A DNA stretch of 64,000 nt. Source: Hemiscyllium ocellatum (lineage: Eukaryota). Under the pieces are notes generated by a model, which did not search any database, was not told the DNA's origin, and saw only the letters and a list, made by a program, of their open reading frames with translations. The DNA lies in assembly GCF_020745735.1 (NCBI RefSeq), contig NC_083423.1, positions 18,166,001 to 18,230,000 on the forward strand. The letters are read 5' to 3'. The position numbers were made by a program, and so were the translations under genes. Positions 25,085-38,039 of the stretch are shown here, piece after piece (within the stretch, counting starts at the first letter, position 1; each line of letters begins with the position of its first letter).

Positions 25085-26390
25085 GTTATAGAGTCATAGA
25101 GATGTACAGCATGGAAACAGACCCTTTGGTCCAACTCGTCCATGCTGACCAGATATCCCAGCCCAATCTAGTCCTACCTGCCAGCACCTGGCCCATATCC
25201 CTCCAAACGCTTCCTGTTCATATACCCATCCAAATGCCTCTTAAATGTTGCAATTGTACCAGCCTCCACCACATCCTCTGGCAGCTCATTCCATACACAT
25301 AACACCCTCTGCATGATCAGGTTGCCCCTTAGGTCTCTTTTATATCTTTCCCCTCTCATCCTAAACCTATGCCCTCTAGTTCTGGACTCCCCCACCCCAG
25401 GGAAAAGACTTTGTCTATTTATCCTATCCATGCCCCTCATAATTTTGCAACCCTCAGCCCCCGATGCTCCAAGGAAAACAGCCCCAGCCTGTTCAGCTTC
25501 TCCCTATAACTGAAATCCTCCAACCCTGACAACATTCTTGGAAATCTTTTCTGAACCCTTTCAAGTTTCACAACACATTTCTGATAGGAAGGAAACCAGA
25601 ATTGCACGCAATCTTCCAACAGTGGCCTAACCATTGTCCTTTACAGCCGCAACATAACCTCCCAACTCCTGTACTCAATACTCTGACCAATAAAGGAAAG
25701 TATACCAAATGCCGCCTTCACTATCCTATCTACCTGCGACTCCACTTTCAAGGAGTTATGAACCTGCACTCCAAGGCCTCTTTGTTCAGCAACACTACCC
25801 TAGACCTTACCATTAAGTGTATAAATCCTGCTAAGATGTGCTTTCCCAAAATGCAGCATCTCACATTTATCTGTATTAAACTCTATCTGCCACTTCCCAG
25901 CCCATTGGCCCATCTCATCCAGATCCTGTTGTAGTCTGAGGTAACCCTCTTTGCTGTCCACTCCACCTCCAATTTTGGTGTCATCTGCAAACTTACTAAC
26001 TGTACCTCTTATGCTCGCATCCAAATCATTTATGTAAATGACAAAACGTAGAGGACCTAGCACCGATCCTTGTGGCATTCCACTGGTCACAGGGGTCCAA
26101 TCTGAAAAACAAGCCTCCACCACCACCCTCTGTCTTCTACCTTTGAGCCAGTTCTGTATCCAAATGGCTAGTTCTCCCTGTATTCCGTGAGATCTAACCT
26201 TACTAACCAGTCTCCCATAGGGAACCTTGTCAAACGCCTTACTGAAGTCCATATAGATCACATCCACTGCTCTGCCCTCACCAATCTTCTTTGCTACTTC
26301 TTTAAAAAACTCAATCAAGTTTGTGAGACATGATTTCCCATGGACAAAGCCATATTGACTGTCCCTAATCAGTCCTTGCCTTTCTAAATG
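25085..26390 (-). mobile_element. CR1 LINE RT and 3' end
   Basis: ORF 25800-26435: SCLTNLIEFF, DFSKAFDKVP, QGSVLGP, FADDTKIGG. Confidence 0.92.
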
Positions 26391-26829
26391 CAAATAAAAA
26401 TGAGGAAAACAAAGAAAGAGCAGTGATGGTCTCAACAGAGTACTCTTTGGTGACGGTTGAAATTAATTGTTTGTTTGGAAAGGTACTCTCTGCTGTCCTC
26501 ATGTTTCATTCCCCTCTTGTCAATGGAGAGTCCACATTGTAAAACAGAGATCATCTCTTCTAATGATTTTGAATCATGAGCAACAGACAGAATTTTGCAC
26601 TCTCAATAATTTGTGATATCCAAGTTACCCTGCTATAACCTCTGAAGTATATGGAGTGTGAGGACTATAGGCATGACAAATGTCTCATTATAAATCAGCA
26701 GTCATTTACAACACTGAGATATATTTGTTCAAAATATTGCAGAATAGATTCTTGCCAATCTTTGATACAAGTATTCATGGATTTGAGCACATTCTTCATA
26801 TAACATTCGTGCATTTCAAATCCTATTTA

Positions 26830-27140
26830 GGGCGTGGCACGGTGGCCCGGTGGCCCAGCGGTTAGCACTGCTATCTCACAGCTCCAGAGACCTGGGTTCA
26901 ATTCCAGCCTTTGGTGTGGAGGTTGCACATTCTCCCTGTGTCTGTGTGGGTTTCCTCCCACAGTGCAATGATGTGCAGGTTAGGTGAATTGGCCATGCTA
27001 AATTGCCCATAGAGTTAGGGGCATTAGTCAGGGGTATATTTAGGGAATGGGTTGGCGGGGGGGGGGGGCGAGGTACTGTCTAGAGGGTCAGTGTGGGCTA
27101 GTTGGGCTGAAGGGCCTGTTTCCCCACTATAGGGAATCTA
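26830..27140 (+). mobile_element. HE1-type SINE
   Basis: gggcgtggcacggtggcc...gttagcactgc head and ggcctgtttcccc tail. Confidence 0.8.
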
Positions 27141-27819
27141 ATTGAAATGTGTTGTTGCTTGTAGGTACTTGTTCATCAGTGAAGTACAGATCTTTTAAAT
27201 TTTCAACAAAATTTAAATCTTCTTATTCAGCATTTGCTGTAGGAATTTGTAACAATGTCGCTTGTTTCTTCCATGTTTCCAATTGTAGTGTTAAATCTCA
27301 TCAATCTCATAGAGTCATTGAGTCATACAGTGTGGAAACAGACCCTTTAGTTTAACTTGTCCATGCCAACCAGTCATCCTAAACTGGCTAGTCCCATTTG
27401 TCTGCGTTTAGCCCCTGTCCATCTAAACCTTTCCTATTCATGTACCTGTCCAAATGTCTTTTAAATGTTGTAATTGTACAATCACTGTACTCTTGGTCGC
27501 AAATTTGCTATTTTCTTTGAATTCAATAGTCACCAAAAGTCTGTAATTTGTCTCCATTGTGAACTGAAAACACAAGACATAACCTTCAAACTTCTCACAG
27601 GCCAAAGAACAGTGGTTGTCCTTTTTACAATGACTGCATACCAATGGACTATTTCACTAAAAGAAATTGATCTACATTTATCATCTCTGATAAATTGGTT
27701 AGAGTCATACCTAGTACAAAGTAAGATGGTTGTGGTGTGGAGAGTCAGTCATCTCAGCTCTAGGACATCTCTGCAGGAATCCCTCAGGGTAGTGTTGTAG
27801 GCCCAACAATCTTCAGAGC

Positions 27820-28050
27820 TGAAAATGTTTTGCTGGAAAAGCACAGCAGGTCAGGCAGCATCCAAGGAGCAGGAGAATCGATGTTTTGGGTATGAGCCCG
27901 TCTTCAGGAATCTTCAGGAATGAGCCCTGAAGAAGGGCTCATGCCGAAATGTCGATTCTCCTGCTCCTTGGATGCTGCCTGACCTGCTGCGCTTTTCCAA
28001 CAACACATTTTCAGCTCTGATCTCCAGCATCTGTAATCCTCACTTTCTCC
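27820..28050. mobile_element. Short Penelope-like terminal fragments in inverted arrangement
   Basis: gctggaaaagcacagcaggtcaggcagcatcc and its reverse complement; the same sequence ends the GIY-YIG elements at about 34060-34171 and 63320-63440. Confidence 0.65.
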
Positions 28051-28569
28051 AACAATCTTCAGCTACTTTAGCAATGACCTTCTCTCTGTCAAAAGGTCAG
28101 AAGTGGGCATTTTCATCGATGATTGCACAGTGTTCAGCACTACTTGCAACTCCGACCAGAATGTAATGAATGAACTTGCCAAGGTGTCCCACAATACCAA
28201 AGCGGTCAAATCGATATGAACACAAGCTGGTACCAAAGCAAAACAGTCCCACTTTATAGAAACAAATTACAATAATCTTAAGGGTTATGGTGAGATGTGG
28301 GTAAGTGGAGCTGAGGCCACAAAAAGATTAGCCATGATCTTATTGAATAACGGAGTGGGCTTGAAGGGTCAGATGGCCTACTCCTGCACCAGATGCTTAT
28401 GTATTTATATGATGTCAGTTACTGGGACAAGACCAGGCTAGATGCTGGTAGTATTCAACAGAATTCATTTGAAAGGATCAAGGAGATGTTAATTTCATTA
28501 TGATTATAATCCAGAGCTGCCCACAATTGTTGCCAAATTATAATTTCTTGTCCTTCTCCAACTTTTCTG

Positions 28570-29074
28570 AGTAAACTTTACCCGCAGAGGCAAATTCTTT
28601 ATAGAGATCAGGTGTGAACTCCATACCCAGCCCCTGCCTAGACTCTGCACTCTCCTGCAGCTCCTTGCCTCTTTTTAGGGTTTCCTTTATACCTTCACTA
28701 ATGCCACTGGCTTAACTTCTTTTACCACATCTTTTCCCACAGTGCCTTTCTTTAACGACCAGCACTGTGATTTCACGTGCCCCACTTTACCACAGTGGAA
28801 ACACCTGAGGCCTTTCATCTCCTTTCCATCCTCTTGGGCTTCTTTTTTAACCTGTGATAAACTCTGACCAGTTTCTCTACTCTTTCTTTCATAGTGTAGG
28901 ATTTCCACTTCTCCCAACTTCTATCCCTCACAGGACAAAATTCTGGCCAGAAGCTTGTCTTATGCACGACGTATTCCTCTGCTAATTCTGTTGCCCTTCT
29001 CACTTCCTGAACTTTCTATTCCTACATGTGAATTCTTATCATCTCTGGAAGTAAGTTTTTAAACTCCTGTAGGA
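28570..29074 (-). mobile_element. Gypsy gag fragment with CCHC zinc knuckle, inverted relative to the adjacent pol
   Basis: Minus-strand ORFs RRATELAEEY and LRCFHCGKVGHVKSQCW. Confidence 0.75.
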
Positions 29075-32000
29075 GGTCACCAAGGGGTACGAGACTCAGG
29101 CTAAGGTACAAAAACATTTTTATTGGCCTGGAATGTACAAGGATGTGATTAATTTTTGCCTTATGTGTCATATATGCCAAATGGTAGATAAGCCACAGTT
29201 GGTTATAAAACCAGCACCTTTGTTGCCAGTTTCCACATTTGAAGAACCATTCATGAGGGTTATAAATGAGAGGGTAGGTCCCCTCCTGAGAACTAGAAGA
29301 GACAAAGAACTAGAGAAATAGGTATTAGTTACTGCCCCGCAGAGTGAGGAATCAAATTCAAATGGTGTGGATTTTGATGCGCCTCAAAATAGATTAACAA
29401 ATGAAGAAGTCCTTGAGGATTGGGATAGGTTAGTAAACTATCTGTCTCAGGAGAATAGAACACAGTTGAAAGGTTTGTTACTGCAGTATGAGGGCCCATA
29501 TAAGGACCAGATGGTGAGGACTAATGCTATTGTACATGAAATAGACATAGGGAATATTGCTCTGATAAAACAACACCCCTTAATCCTTTCAAAGCCAGAC
29601 ACGTTCAGGAGGTGGAGGCCATGCTCAACAAAGATATCATCACACTGAGCCAGAGTGAGTGGTGTTTGCTGATCATCTCAGTTTCCTAGCCAGGTGAGAC
29701 TCAACGATTTTAGATGGATTATCGGAAGGTCAACGCCGCTACAAAATCAGACTCATATCCAATATCGAGATTGGAGGACTGTATCGAGAAAGTTGGACAA
29801 GCCAGCTACATTACCAAGTTGGACTTACTGAGTGCTTATGGGCTGGAACCTTTATCAGAAATGGGGAAAGAAATTTCTGCGTTTGTAACCCCAAATGGGC
29901 TATTTCAATTCAAAGTGATGCCCTTTGGAATGAAGAATGCACCCGCCACATTCCAAAGACTCATAAACAGCGTTGTGGCTGGGTTAACAAACTGTACAGA
30001 TGATAAGAAATAGGATTTATAACCATCTAGAAAAGTTATAAGAGATAGGATTTATAAGGATTTATAACCATCTAGAAAAGAATAATCTGATCAGGGTCAG
30101 TCAACACGGTTTTGTGAAGGGTAGGTCGTGCCTAACAAATCTTATTGACTTTTTTGACAAAGTGACCAAACAGGTAGATGACAGTAAACCGGTTGATGTG
30201 GGGTAAATGGATTTCAGCAAGGCGTTCGATAAGGTTCCCCACAGTAGGCTATTATACTAAATGCGGAGGAATGGGATTGTGGGAGACATAGCAGTTTGGA
30301 TCAGTAATTGGCTTGCTGAAAGAAAACAGGGTTGTAGTTGATGGAACATGTTCATCTTGGTGTCCAGTTACTAGCGGCGTACTGCAAGGGTCAGTGTTGG
30401 GTCCACTGCTGTTCGTCATTTTTTTAACTGACCTGGATGAGGGGCTTAGAAGGGTGGGTTAGTAAATTTGAGGACGACACTAAGGTCGGTGGAGTTGTGA
30501 ATAGTGACGAAGGATGTAGTAAGTTGATAGAGACATAGATAGGTTGCAAAGCTAGGCTGAGAGGTGGCAAATGGAGTTTAATGTGGACAAGTGTGAGGTG
30601 ATACACTTTGACGGAGTAATCGGAATGCAAAGTACTGGGCTAATGGTAAGATTCTTGGGAGTACAGATGAGCAGAGAGATCTCGATGTCTATGTACACAG
30701 ATCCCTGAAAGTTGCCACCCACATTGACAGGGTTGTTAAGAAGGCATACAGTGTATTGGCCTTTATTAATAGAGGGATTGAGTTCCGGAACCAGGAGGTT
30801 ATGCTGCAGCTGTACAAAGCTCTGATACAGCCAAACTTGGAGTATTGTGTACAGTTCTGGTCACCGCATTATAAGAAGTATGTGGAAGCTTTGGAAAGGG
30901 TGCAGAGGAGATTTACTAGGGTGTTGCCTGGTATGGAAGGAATGTCTTACGAGGAAAGGCTGAGGGCCTTGAGGCTGTTCTCGTTAGAGAGAAGGTTGAG
31001 AGGTGACTTAATAGAGACATACAAGATAATCAGAGGGTTAGATAGGGTGGACAGGGAGTTTCTTTTTCCAAGTATGGGAACTTCAAACATGAGGGGACAC
31101 AACTTTAAGGTGAGGGGAGATAGGTCTAAGACAGATGTCAGAGGTAGTTTCTTTACTCAGAGAGTAGTAAGGGTATGGAATGCTTTGCCTGCAAAAGTAG
31201 TAGACTCGCCAAGTTTAAGTGCATTTAAGTCGTCATTGGACAGGCATGGACGTACACGGAATAGTGTAGGTGGGATGGGCTTCAGATTAGTATGACAGGG
31301 CGGTGCAACATCGAGGGCCGAAGGGCCTGTACTGTGCTGTAATGTTCTATTATTTGGAGAATGTAGTGATATTTAGTCAGTAATGGAAAGATCACATGGT
31401 ACAGTTAGCAGAGCCCTTTGAACGATTATAAGAAGCAAAACTGGTAATAAGCTTAAACAAAACTGAATTCGCGAAAGCTGAAGTGGCATTCTTGGGACGT
31501 AACATCGGTCATGGAAGTTTGACCCCACAGAAAGCAAAGACGAAGGCCATCAAGGAATTTCCATGACCAACCTCGAAGAAAGACATGTTTTGATTCTTGG
31601 GACAAAGCAGATTCTGTTGGAAGTTTGTTTCAAACATCAGCAGTGTAGTGGCACTGTTAACTGATTTGCTTAAGAACACAAAGTTACGTTGGACAGAATA
31701 ATGCCAGGAGGCATTCAACTATTTGAAAGCAATACTAACCACTATACCAGTTTTGGCTGCACCAAAGTTTTCAAAACCTTTCAACTTTGCTAGTGACATA
31801 GGAGTTGGAGCTGTACAGCTACAGAAAGATGAGGATGGGACTGAACTGCCAGTTGGTTACTTTTCCAAGAGACTCAACGTCCACCAGAGGAAGTACTCCA
31901 CGATCGAAAAAGAACTACTGAGTTTGGTACTGGCCTTACATTTTAATATGTATGTCATGATCAATGTGTCAGAGACGGTTGTGTACACAGATCACAATTC

Positions 32001-32100
32001 TCTTACATTCTTAGAACACTTTAAAGACAAGAATATGAGACATTTTGTTGTCGTCTTATGATACAGACTTTTAATTTACATATCATACATGATTTGGGTT
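29075..32100 (+). mobile_element. Degenerate Gmr1-like Gypsy pol (integrase before RT and RNase H), interrupted by a CR1
   Basis: GH.G...HFYWPGMYKDVINFC..CHICQ (integrase HHCC, about 29080-29180); DYRKVN, ITKLDL, VMPFGMKNAPATFQR (RT, 29714-30000); ASDIGVGAV, VGYFSKRLN, YSTIEKE, TDH (RNase H, 31723-32061). Confidence 0.85.
30001..31349 (+). mobile_element. CR1 LINE fragment inserted in the Gypsy RT
   Basis: CR1 RT and 3' motifs (ORF 30756-31295). The Gypsy RT breaks after ..AGLTNCT and resumes with tatttggagaatgtagtg (YLDDVV-like). Confidence 0.88.
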
Positions 32101-32301
32101 GTGAGAATGTAATCATTGTTGTAGATTTAACTGATAAATTATAGGTAAGATTGGTATCAATTCAGTATATGCGCGTGAGAAGACATTAGTATGAACTTAG
32201 ATTAAAGTCACATGCATGTCATGATAATGTGATTAAGGAATAGAGAAAAAAAGAAGCTATCTTTCCATTATGATGGTTCATTCTTTTCTTAAGGAGGGAG
32301 G

Positions 32302-34499
32302 TGTTATGAAGGTGTGGAGGTGTACTATACCTTTAGGAGCGATAAAAAACTAGCAAGGACTGACAAAGTACAGAGAGTCCTGAACAAAGTAAAAATGTAA
32401 CACTTGGCAAACAAGTAACTGTAGCTGAGTTGCCATGAAACAAAAACAAATTCAAATTCAGCCAATCAGTTTAAATTATGCCCCAATATACCAAAATCCT
32501 ATCAAATTTGAATTTAGTATTTTGATAATATTAAAACCAATGAAAGATCTGATGTTTTGCGGTGTAAAACCGGATATTGTGAACAGTTAGAAGACAAACT
32601 GCCAAGGGCATCCACAAATATAGACTGCCAGTTGAAGAGCTCTCTGAAAGGTACCTGTCTACAAGGAGTTTGTGAAGCAGAACATCGAAGCTGACCTAGA
32701 GAAAAATCAAGCCCTCCATTTCTTCCTCTCATGCTGTCCCAAACGGTACCCTCCCACTGACACCCTCATCTGTCTGGGTGAACCGATCCTCACCCTCAAC
32801 AACTTTTCCTTCCAATCCCTTCACTTCCTCCAAACCACAGGCACCCACATAGGACCCAGCTATGCCTGCCTATTTGTCGGATATGTGGAACAGTCCATCT
32901 TTCGCAGTTACACCGGCACCAGCCCACACCTGTTCCTCCGCTACATCATTGACTGTATCGGCGCCATCTTGTGCTAACCACAGATATATATTACAAGCCC
33001 ACTGACTCCCACAGCTACCTAGACTACACCTCCTCCCACCCGACCTCCTGTAAAAATGCCACCCCTTATTCCCAATTCCTCTGCCTCCAACACGTCTATT
33101 CCCAGAATGACCAATTCCACCCCAGAAAGTTTCAGATGGCCTCCTTTTTCACGATTGCAACTTCCTGTCCCACGTGATTGACAATGCCCTCCAGCGCATC
33201 TCCTCCACCATGCACCACCACCCTTGAATCCCACCCCTCCCAACGCAACAAGGACAGAACCTCCCGGTCCTCACCTTCCACTCCACCAACCTCCGTATAC
33301 AACGCATCATCCTCCGCCACTTCCATCACCTCCAAATGGACCCCACCACCAGATATATTTCCCTCCCTACCCCTAGCAGCATTCCGAAAAGACCATTCCC
33401 TCCGTGATTCCCTCATCAGGTCCGCACTCCCCACCAGCCCACACCTCACTCCTAGCACATTTCCCTGCCACCGCAGAAAGGTCAAAACCTGGACCCACAC
33501 CACTCCCCTCACCTCCATTCAAGGCCCCAAGGCATTCTTCCACATCCGTGAGAAATTCAGCCACACCTCTCCCAATGTCATATACTGCATCCATTGCACC
33601 TGGTGTGGTCTCCTCTACATCGGGGAGACAGATTGCCTTCTTGCGGATTGTTTCAGAGAACATCGCTGGGATGTCCGCACCCACTAACCCCACCACCCCT
33701 TGGCTGAACACTTCAACTCACTCTCCCACTCTGTCAAGGACATGCAGGTCATGGGCCTCCTCCACCACCAAACAATTACCACCGATACCTGGAGGAGGAA
33801 CGCCTCATATTCCACCTTGGGACCCTGTAACCACAAGGATGAATGTGGATTTCAACTGCTTCCTCATTTCCCCTCCCCCCCTACAAATCCCAGTCCCAAG
33901 CCTCCAACTCCGCACCAGCCTCTCGACCCGTCCATCAATACCCCCTCTGATCTATCACCTTCTCCCTCACCTTCATCCACCTATTGCTTTCCCAGCTACT
34001 TGCTCCCAACCCCAACCCCCTTCTATTTATCTCTTAGCCCCGCCCCACAAGCCTCATTCCTGATTAAGGGCTTATGCCTGAAACGTCAATTCTCCTGCTC
34101 CTCGGATGCTGCCTTTTCCAGCACCACACTCTCAACTCTGATCTCCAGCATCTGCAGTCTTCACTTTCTCCTAGAGAAAAATCTACAAGTGAAAAATCTA
34201 CAAAGCAGAATCAACAAAGCTGACTGGTTTTTTTGAAACGTCTTTTTTTTTGTAAATCTTAATCAGGACTTTTCTTTTGGACTAGTATGTAGAGTAGGAA
34301 GTATGGGAAAGGAATTGTAAATAGTTGTTGGTTTTATTATTCTCACTTGAATTTAAAGAATGAAATTGTTAATTTTACTTTAAATAGTGACCTCTGGGAT
34401 AGTTCTTTGCCTCTCAAATTTTAACAGATTACGACATGAGGTGAACATTTTCTGTGTGGGTAGTTTAAATTAGCAGAGGCGTTTACCCAGTGTTGTAAA
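32302..34499 (+). mobile_element. Putative Gypsy 3' LTR, split by a Penelope-like insertion
   Basis: Polypurine tract aaggagggagg immediately followed by TGTTATG at 32302; ends in a gtgttgtaa-like terminus near 34499. No second LTR in the window to confirm. Confidence 0.6.
32709..34171 (+). mobile_element. Penelope-like element (RT fragment plus GIY-YIG endonuclease), internally deleted
   Basis: GTHIGPSYACLFVGYVEQ..FLRYI(D)DCIG (RT); NVIYCIHCTWCGLLYIGET (GIY-YIG); flanked by direct repeat tagagaaaaatc at 32697-32708 and 34172-34183. Confidence 0.88.
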
Positions 34500-34557
34500 A
34501 TTATACTCCATCAAATGTTAGTCTTGATGTCAAAGGTTGTCACTCACATCTCACGGT

Positions 34558-34912
34558 CTAAATGGGCAACTTTGAAGTGCTAAATGTAGACTTGCTTCCA
34601 ACTGCTATCATTGCTTTTTTCAACAGAAATTTGTTTATACTTTCCTTAATGTTTCCCACCCTATTCTTTATCATCTGGTCTGTTATTTCAGTCTCATCTC
34701 CAAGATCTTTCAGTATGGACTTCATGATGGTTTGAAGCCATTCCTGGTTATACTCCTTGCTTTGAGAGTGTAACTCATTTATCTGTGTTTCAACCCGGAG
34801 TAACAAATCTTCATCTTCTATGATTTTAGTGACAATCTTCAGATGCTGTTGCATCTCTTTGATTTGTTGAATGTTCTTCAGTCCATCGTCACTGAATTCA
34901 TTTACACACAAA
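34558..34912 (-). CDS. Ig-TM-NLR gene, terminal coding exon: last LRR ((Y)LCVNEFSDDGLKNI) plus about 100-aa helical tail
   Basis: Acceptor ttgtcttcccattttcag|; phase 2 completes TA|T (Tyr), giving LEKLYLCVNEFSDDG (LxxLxLxxNxFxDxG); stop at 34560-34558. Confidence 0.85.
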
Positions 34913-35319
34913 CTGAAAATGGGAAGACAATTATAATTAGCAAAAACGTTAACCATTCATAAATCCTCACAAAATGTGTGATGATCAGAAATATCAGAAA
35001 GAACTGTATAGAGGAACAAAGAAAATCAGAGAAGGAGTAGGTCATTGGATCTCTGAGCCTGCCCAACTATTCAACTAGATCATCGATGAATTTTGACCTC
35101 AATGTCATTTTCCCATTCTACAATGCTCAAAATATATGTCAAAACTGTGGAATTTGTCATGATACCACTAAAGATTTCTGGGACAATTTAATCACTGGGG
35201 CAACCTAAAGTGCCTTCTGCTGGGATTAAGCTTTTCAGCAGAAACACAGAAACTAGGTGCAGGAGTTTGGCCTTTTCAGCCTCCATCGCCATTCAACATA
35301 ATCATGCAATCTCAATATC

Positions 35320-36130
35320 CCATTTTCGCTTTCTCTCCATACCCCTTGATCCCTTTAGGCACAAGTGCCACATCCAGTTCCCTCTTAAATATATCTAACT
35401 GGACCCAACAGCTTCTGGTGGGAGACAATTCCACAGGTTCACAACTGAGTGAAGAAATTCTTACACATCTTAGCCCTGAATGGCTTACCCCTTATTCTTA
35501 GACTGTGACCCCTAGTTCTGGACTTTCCCAAAATCAGGAACATTCTTCCCACATGTAGCCTCTTCTGTGCCATTGGGATTTTATATATTTCTATGTGATT
35601 CCCCATCATTCTTCTAAATTCCAGTGAGGACAAGCCCATTCGATTCAGTTTATCCCCATATGTCAGTCCTGCCATCCTGGGAGTCAGTCTGATGAACCTT
35701 CGCTGGACTCCCTCAAATGTCCTTCCTCAGACTGGGAGGCCAAAACTGCACACAATGCTCAAGGTGTGCCCTCACCACGGCCCTGCATAACTGCAGCAAG
35801 ACATCCTTACTCAAATCCTCTCGCTATGAGGGCCAGCATAACATTAGCTTTCTTCACTGCTTGCTGCACCTGTACAATTGCTGAAATTCATAATGTGTTC
35901 TTTAAATGTTTGCCATTTCCTATCCACCGTCAACCATTTAAGTATCCTTGGTGAGTTCATCCTAGACAATGCACACCTCATACCATCAAAATTAGCTTTA
36001 AGTTCGGGTCCTACTTTGAGATTTAGTGGTGTCACTCTCTATCGTAATGAAAAATTCTACCATACTTTGGTCATGCTTCCCCAGAGGATCTTGCACCCAA
36101 TGTTGCTAATCAATCCTCTCTCATTACACA
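35320..36130 (-). mobile_element. CR1 LINE 3' fragment
   Basis: ORF 35439-35675 and flanks carry CR1 3' motifs (SRTRGHSLRIRG). Confidence 0.8.
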
Positions 36131-36267
36131 ATGCCTGGTCTAAGAAGCTTCAAATTTTGTTGTGATGGGGGGTTGCTGTGTTAGGCAGGCTGCAAAGAAA
36201 AGAAAACAGCTTTAAATATGTCAAAGCAATATTTAGATAACCGGCAACCAGAAAAACTTGAAATCAC

Positions 36268-36530
36268 AGGCAGCTTGATTGCTCAGAGGTTAGCACTGCT
36301 GCCTCACAGCACCAGGGATCAGGTTCAATCCCATCCTCAGGTGACTGTGTGTGGAGTCTGCACAATCTCTGTCTGCATGGGTTTTCTCCGTGTTCTCTGG
36401 TTTCCCCTCCACAACCCAAAGATGGATTGGCCATGAGAAGCGCAGGGTCAGGGTAGGATTTTCTTGAGAAGGGCAGTGTGGATTACATAGGCCATATTGG
36501 CCTGTTTCCAGGCTGTAGGAATTCTATGAT
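36268..36530 (+). mobile_element. HE1-type SINE (diverged)
   Basis: gttagcactgctgcctcacagcaccagg head. Confidence 0.7.
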
Positions 36531-37627
36531 TCACTGAGGCAATGAATTTCTCACAAATAAATGAGGAATCTCTCATTTAAGTGTGCAAAAGGTACGAATC
36601 TACTGAATGGGGAAAAACGTAGTGGATGTTAATGTAAGCAAAGCAGTGTCAATTGTTAAGTTTAAATCTGAGGCTAAGATCTGATAAAAGGGGCAGAAAC
36701 TGCCTGCTTAAAATGTTCCATAATTAACAACTCTCAATGAAGATTTATCACAAAAGCAAAATAAAAGTCCATCACTGACATCGTTATTGTCCTACTTTGG
36801 ATTTTGGTTTCTCAATTTATTTTTCCCAATGCTCATGTCCACAACATTTCCTCTTTGTTAAAATCTAAAATTCCTGTCCTAGACTAATATTTTTCATTAT
36901 CTAAGTGAATATCAAATTTTATCACGTTATGATCACTGTGATTTAGAGGTTTCTTTACGATAAGTTTATTGATCAATTCTGTCTCATTACAAAATTCCAA
37001 GTCTAGAATAGCCTACATGCTGATCTACTACAGAATATATTATCCTAAAGCTGGTTGGAGTCAAGTTCCCAATATACTTGCGTTATTTATCCTGCTTTTA
37101 TTATCCCAAACCCACCCACTGCTTCTTTTTAAAAATTCCTTCAAGGTTTTTGATCTGTTCTACAAGGTTGCTTTATCTCCTTTCTTAGTTGGTATTAGTA
37201 TTACGCCTTCAATTCAGGGAACTTGCGAGCAGCTCACAGTGAGAGTGTGCTTGCTTTCCATGATTTTATAATAAACACTGTATTTCCTTCCTATTCCAGT
37301 CTTGAAAAAAAAATCCTCTGACAACAGATTAAGTACTCCTACACAATGGTACAGAAAAGATAAACTTTCTTTGTGAAAGTATTTGGCACTAACCACTGAT
37401 AAATAATCCAGACACTTTAGGGTGGAGAGTGAGGTCAAATGTTTGTGGGGGGAGGGATAAGATAGTAGGCTAGTATTTGCATTATGTTTCCAACAGTTTG
37501 CGTTCATTCACCATTCCAACTAAACTGAGTCAGAAATGATGCATATGCATACATTTGTTTGTTACTTTACAAAGAAATTACATAAAATATTTACATTCAT
37601 GTGCCAGCACACATGCTACATACTTAC

Positions 37628-37795
37628 TAGAGCTTCTCAAGAGTTGTATTGTAACTCAGGTAATCAACCAAGTTTTTTATACCTTCATCTGTAATCTTAT
37701 TATCATACAAACGAAGAGATTTGAGCCTTTGGTTTCTTGTCAAAGCTTTCCAAAAAAATTGAGCTCCTCTGGCTCCAAAACAGTTTGTGCCACAT
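37628..37795 (-). CDS. Ig-TM-NLR gene, 168-bp LRR exon (CGTNCFGARGAQFFWKALTRNQRLKSLRLYDNKITDEGIKNLVDYLSYNTTLEKL)
   Basis: tttcttgtttcatttag| acceptor and TA|gtaagt donor; phase 2-2; 2 x 28-aa ribonuclease-inhibitor-type LRRs, the usual NLR exon unit. Not in the supplied ORF track. Confidence 0.92.
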
Positions 37796-38039
37796 CTAAA
37801 TGAAACAAGAAATTCAGAGACAGAAATGACAATGATCAGATTTTTTTAACTAAACTTGAACAAATTCTTTTTAAAAAAATGATATGATTTAAGTACTTAC
37901 GATAATGTCTCAATTCTGCATTTTGGGTCTTGAAGAATGTCACTCAAAATCTCTGCTGACTTCTCAGTCAGTTTGTTGGAGCTTACACTGTAATATAAGG
38001 TAGTAAAGACACTCAGTTTTGAATACTTGCCAAATAAGG

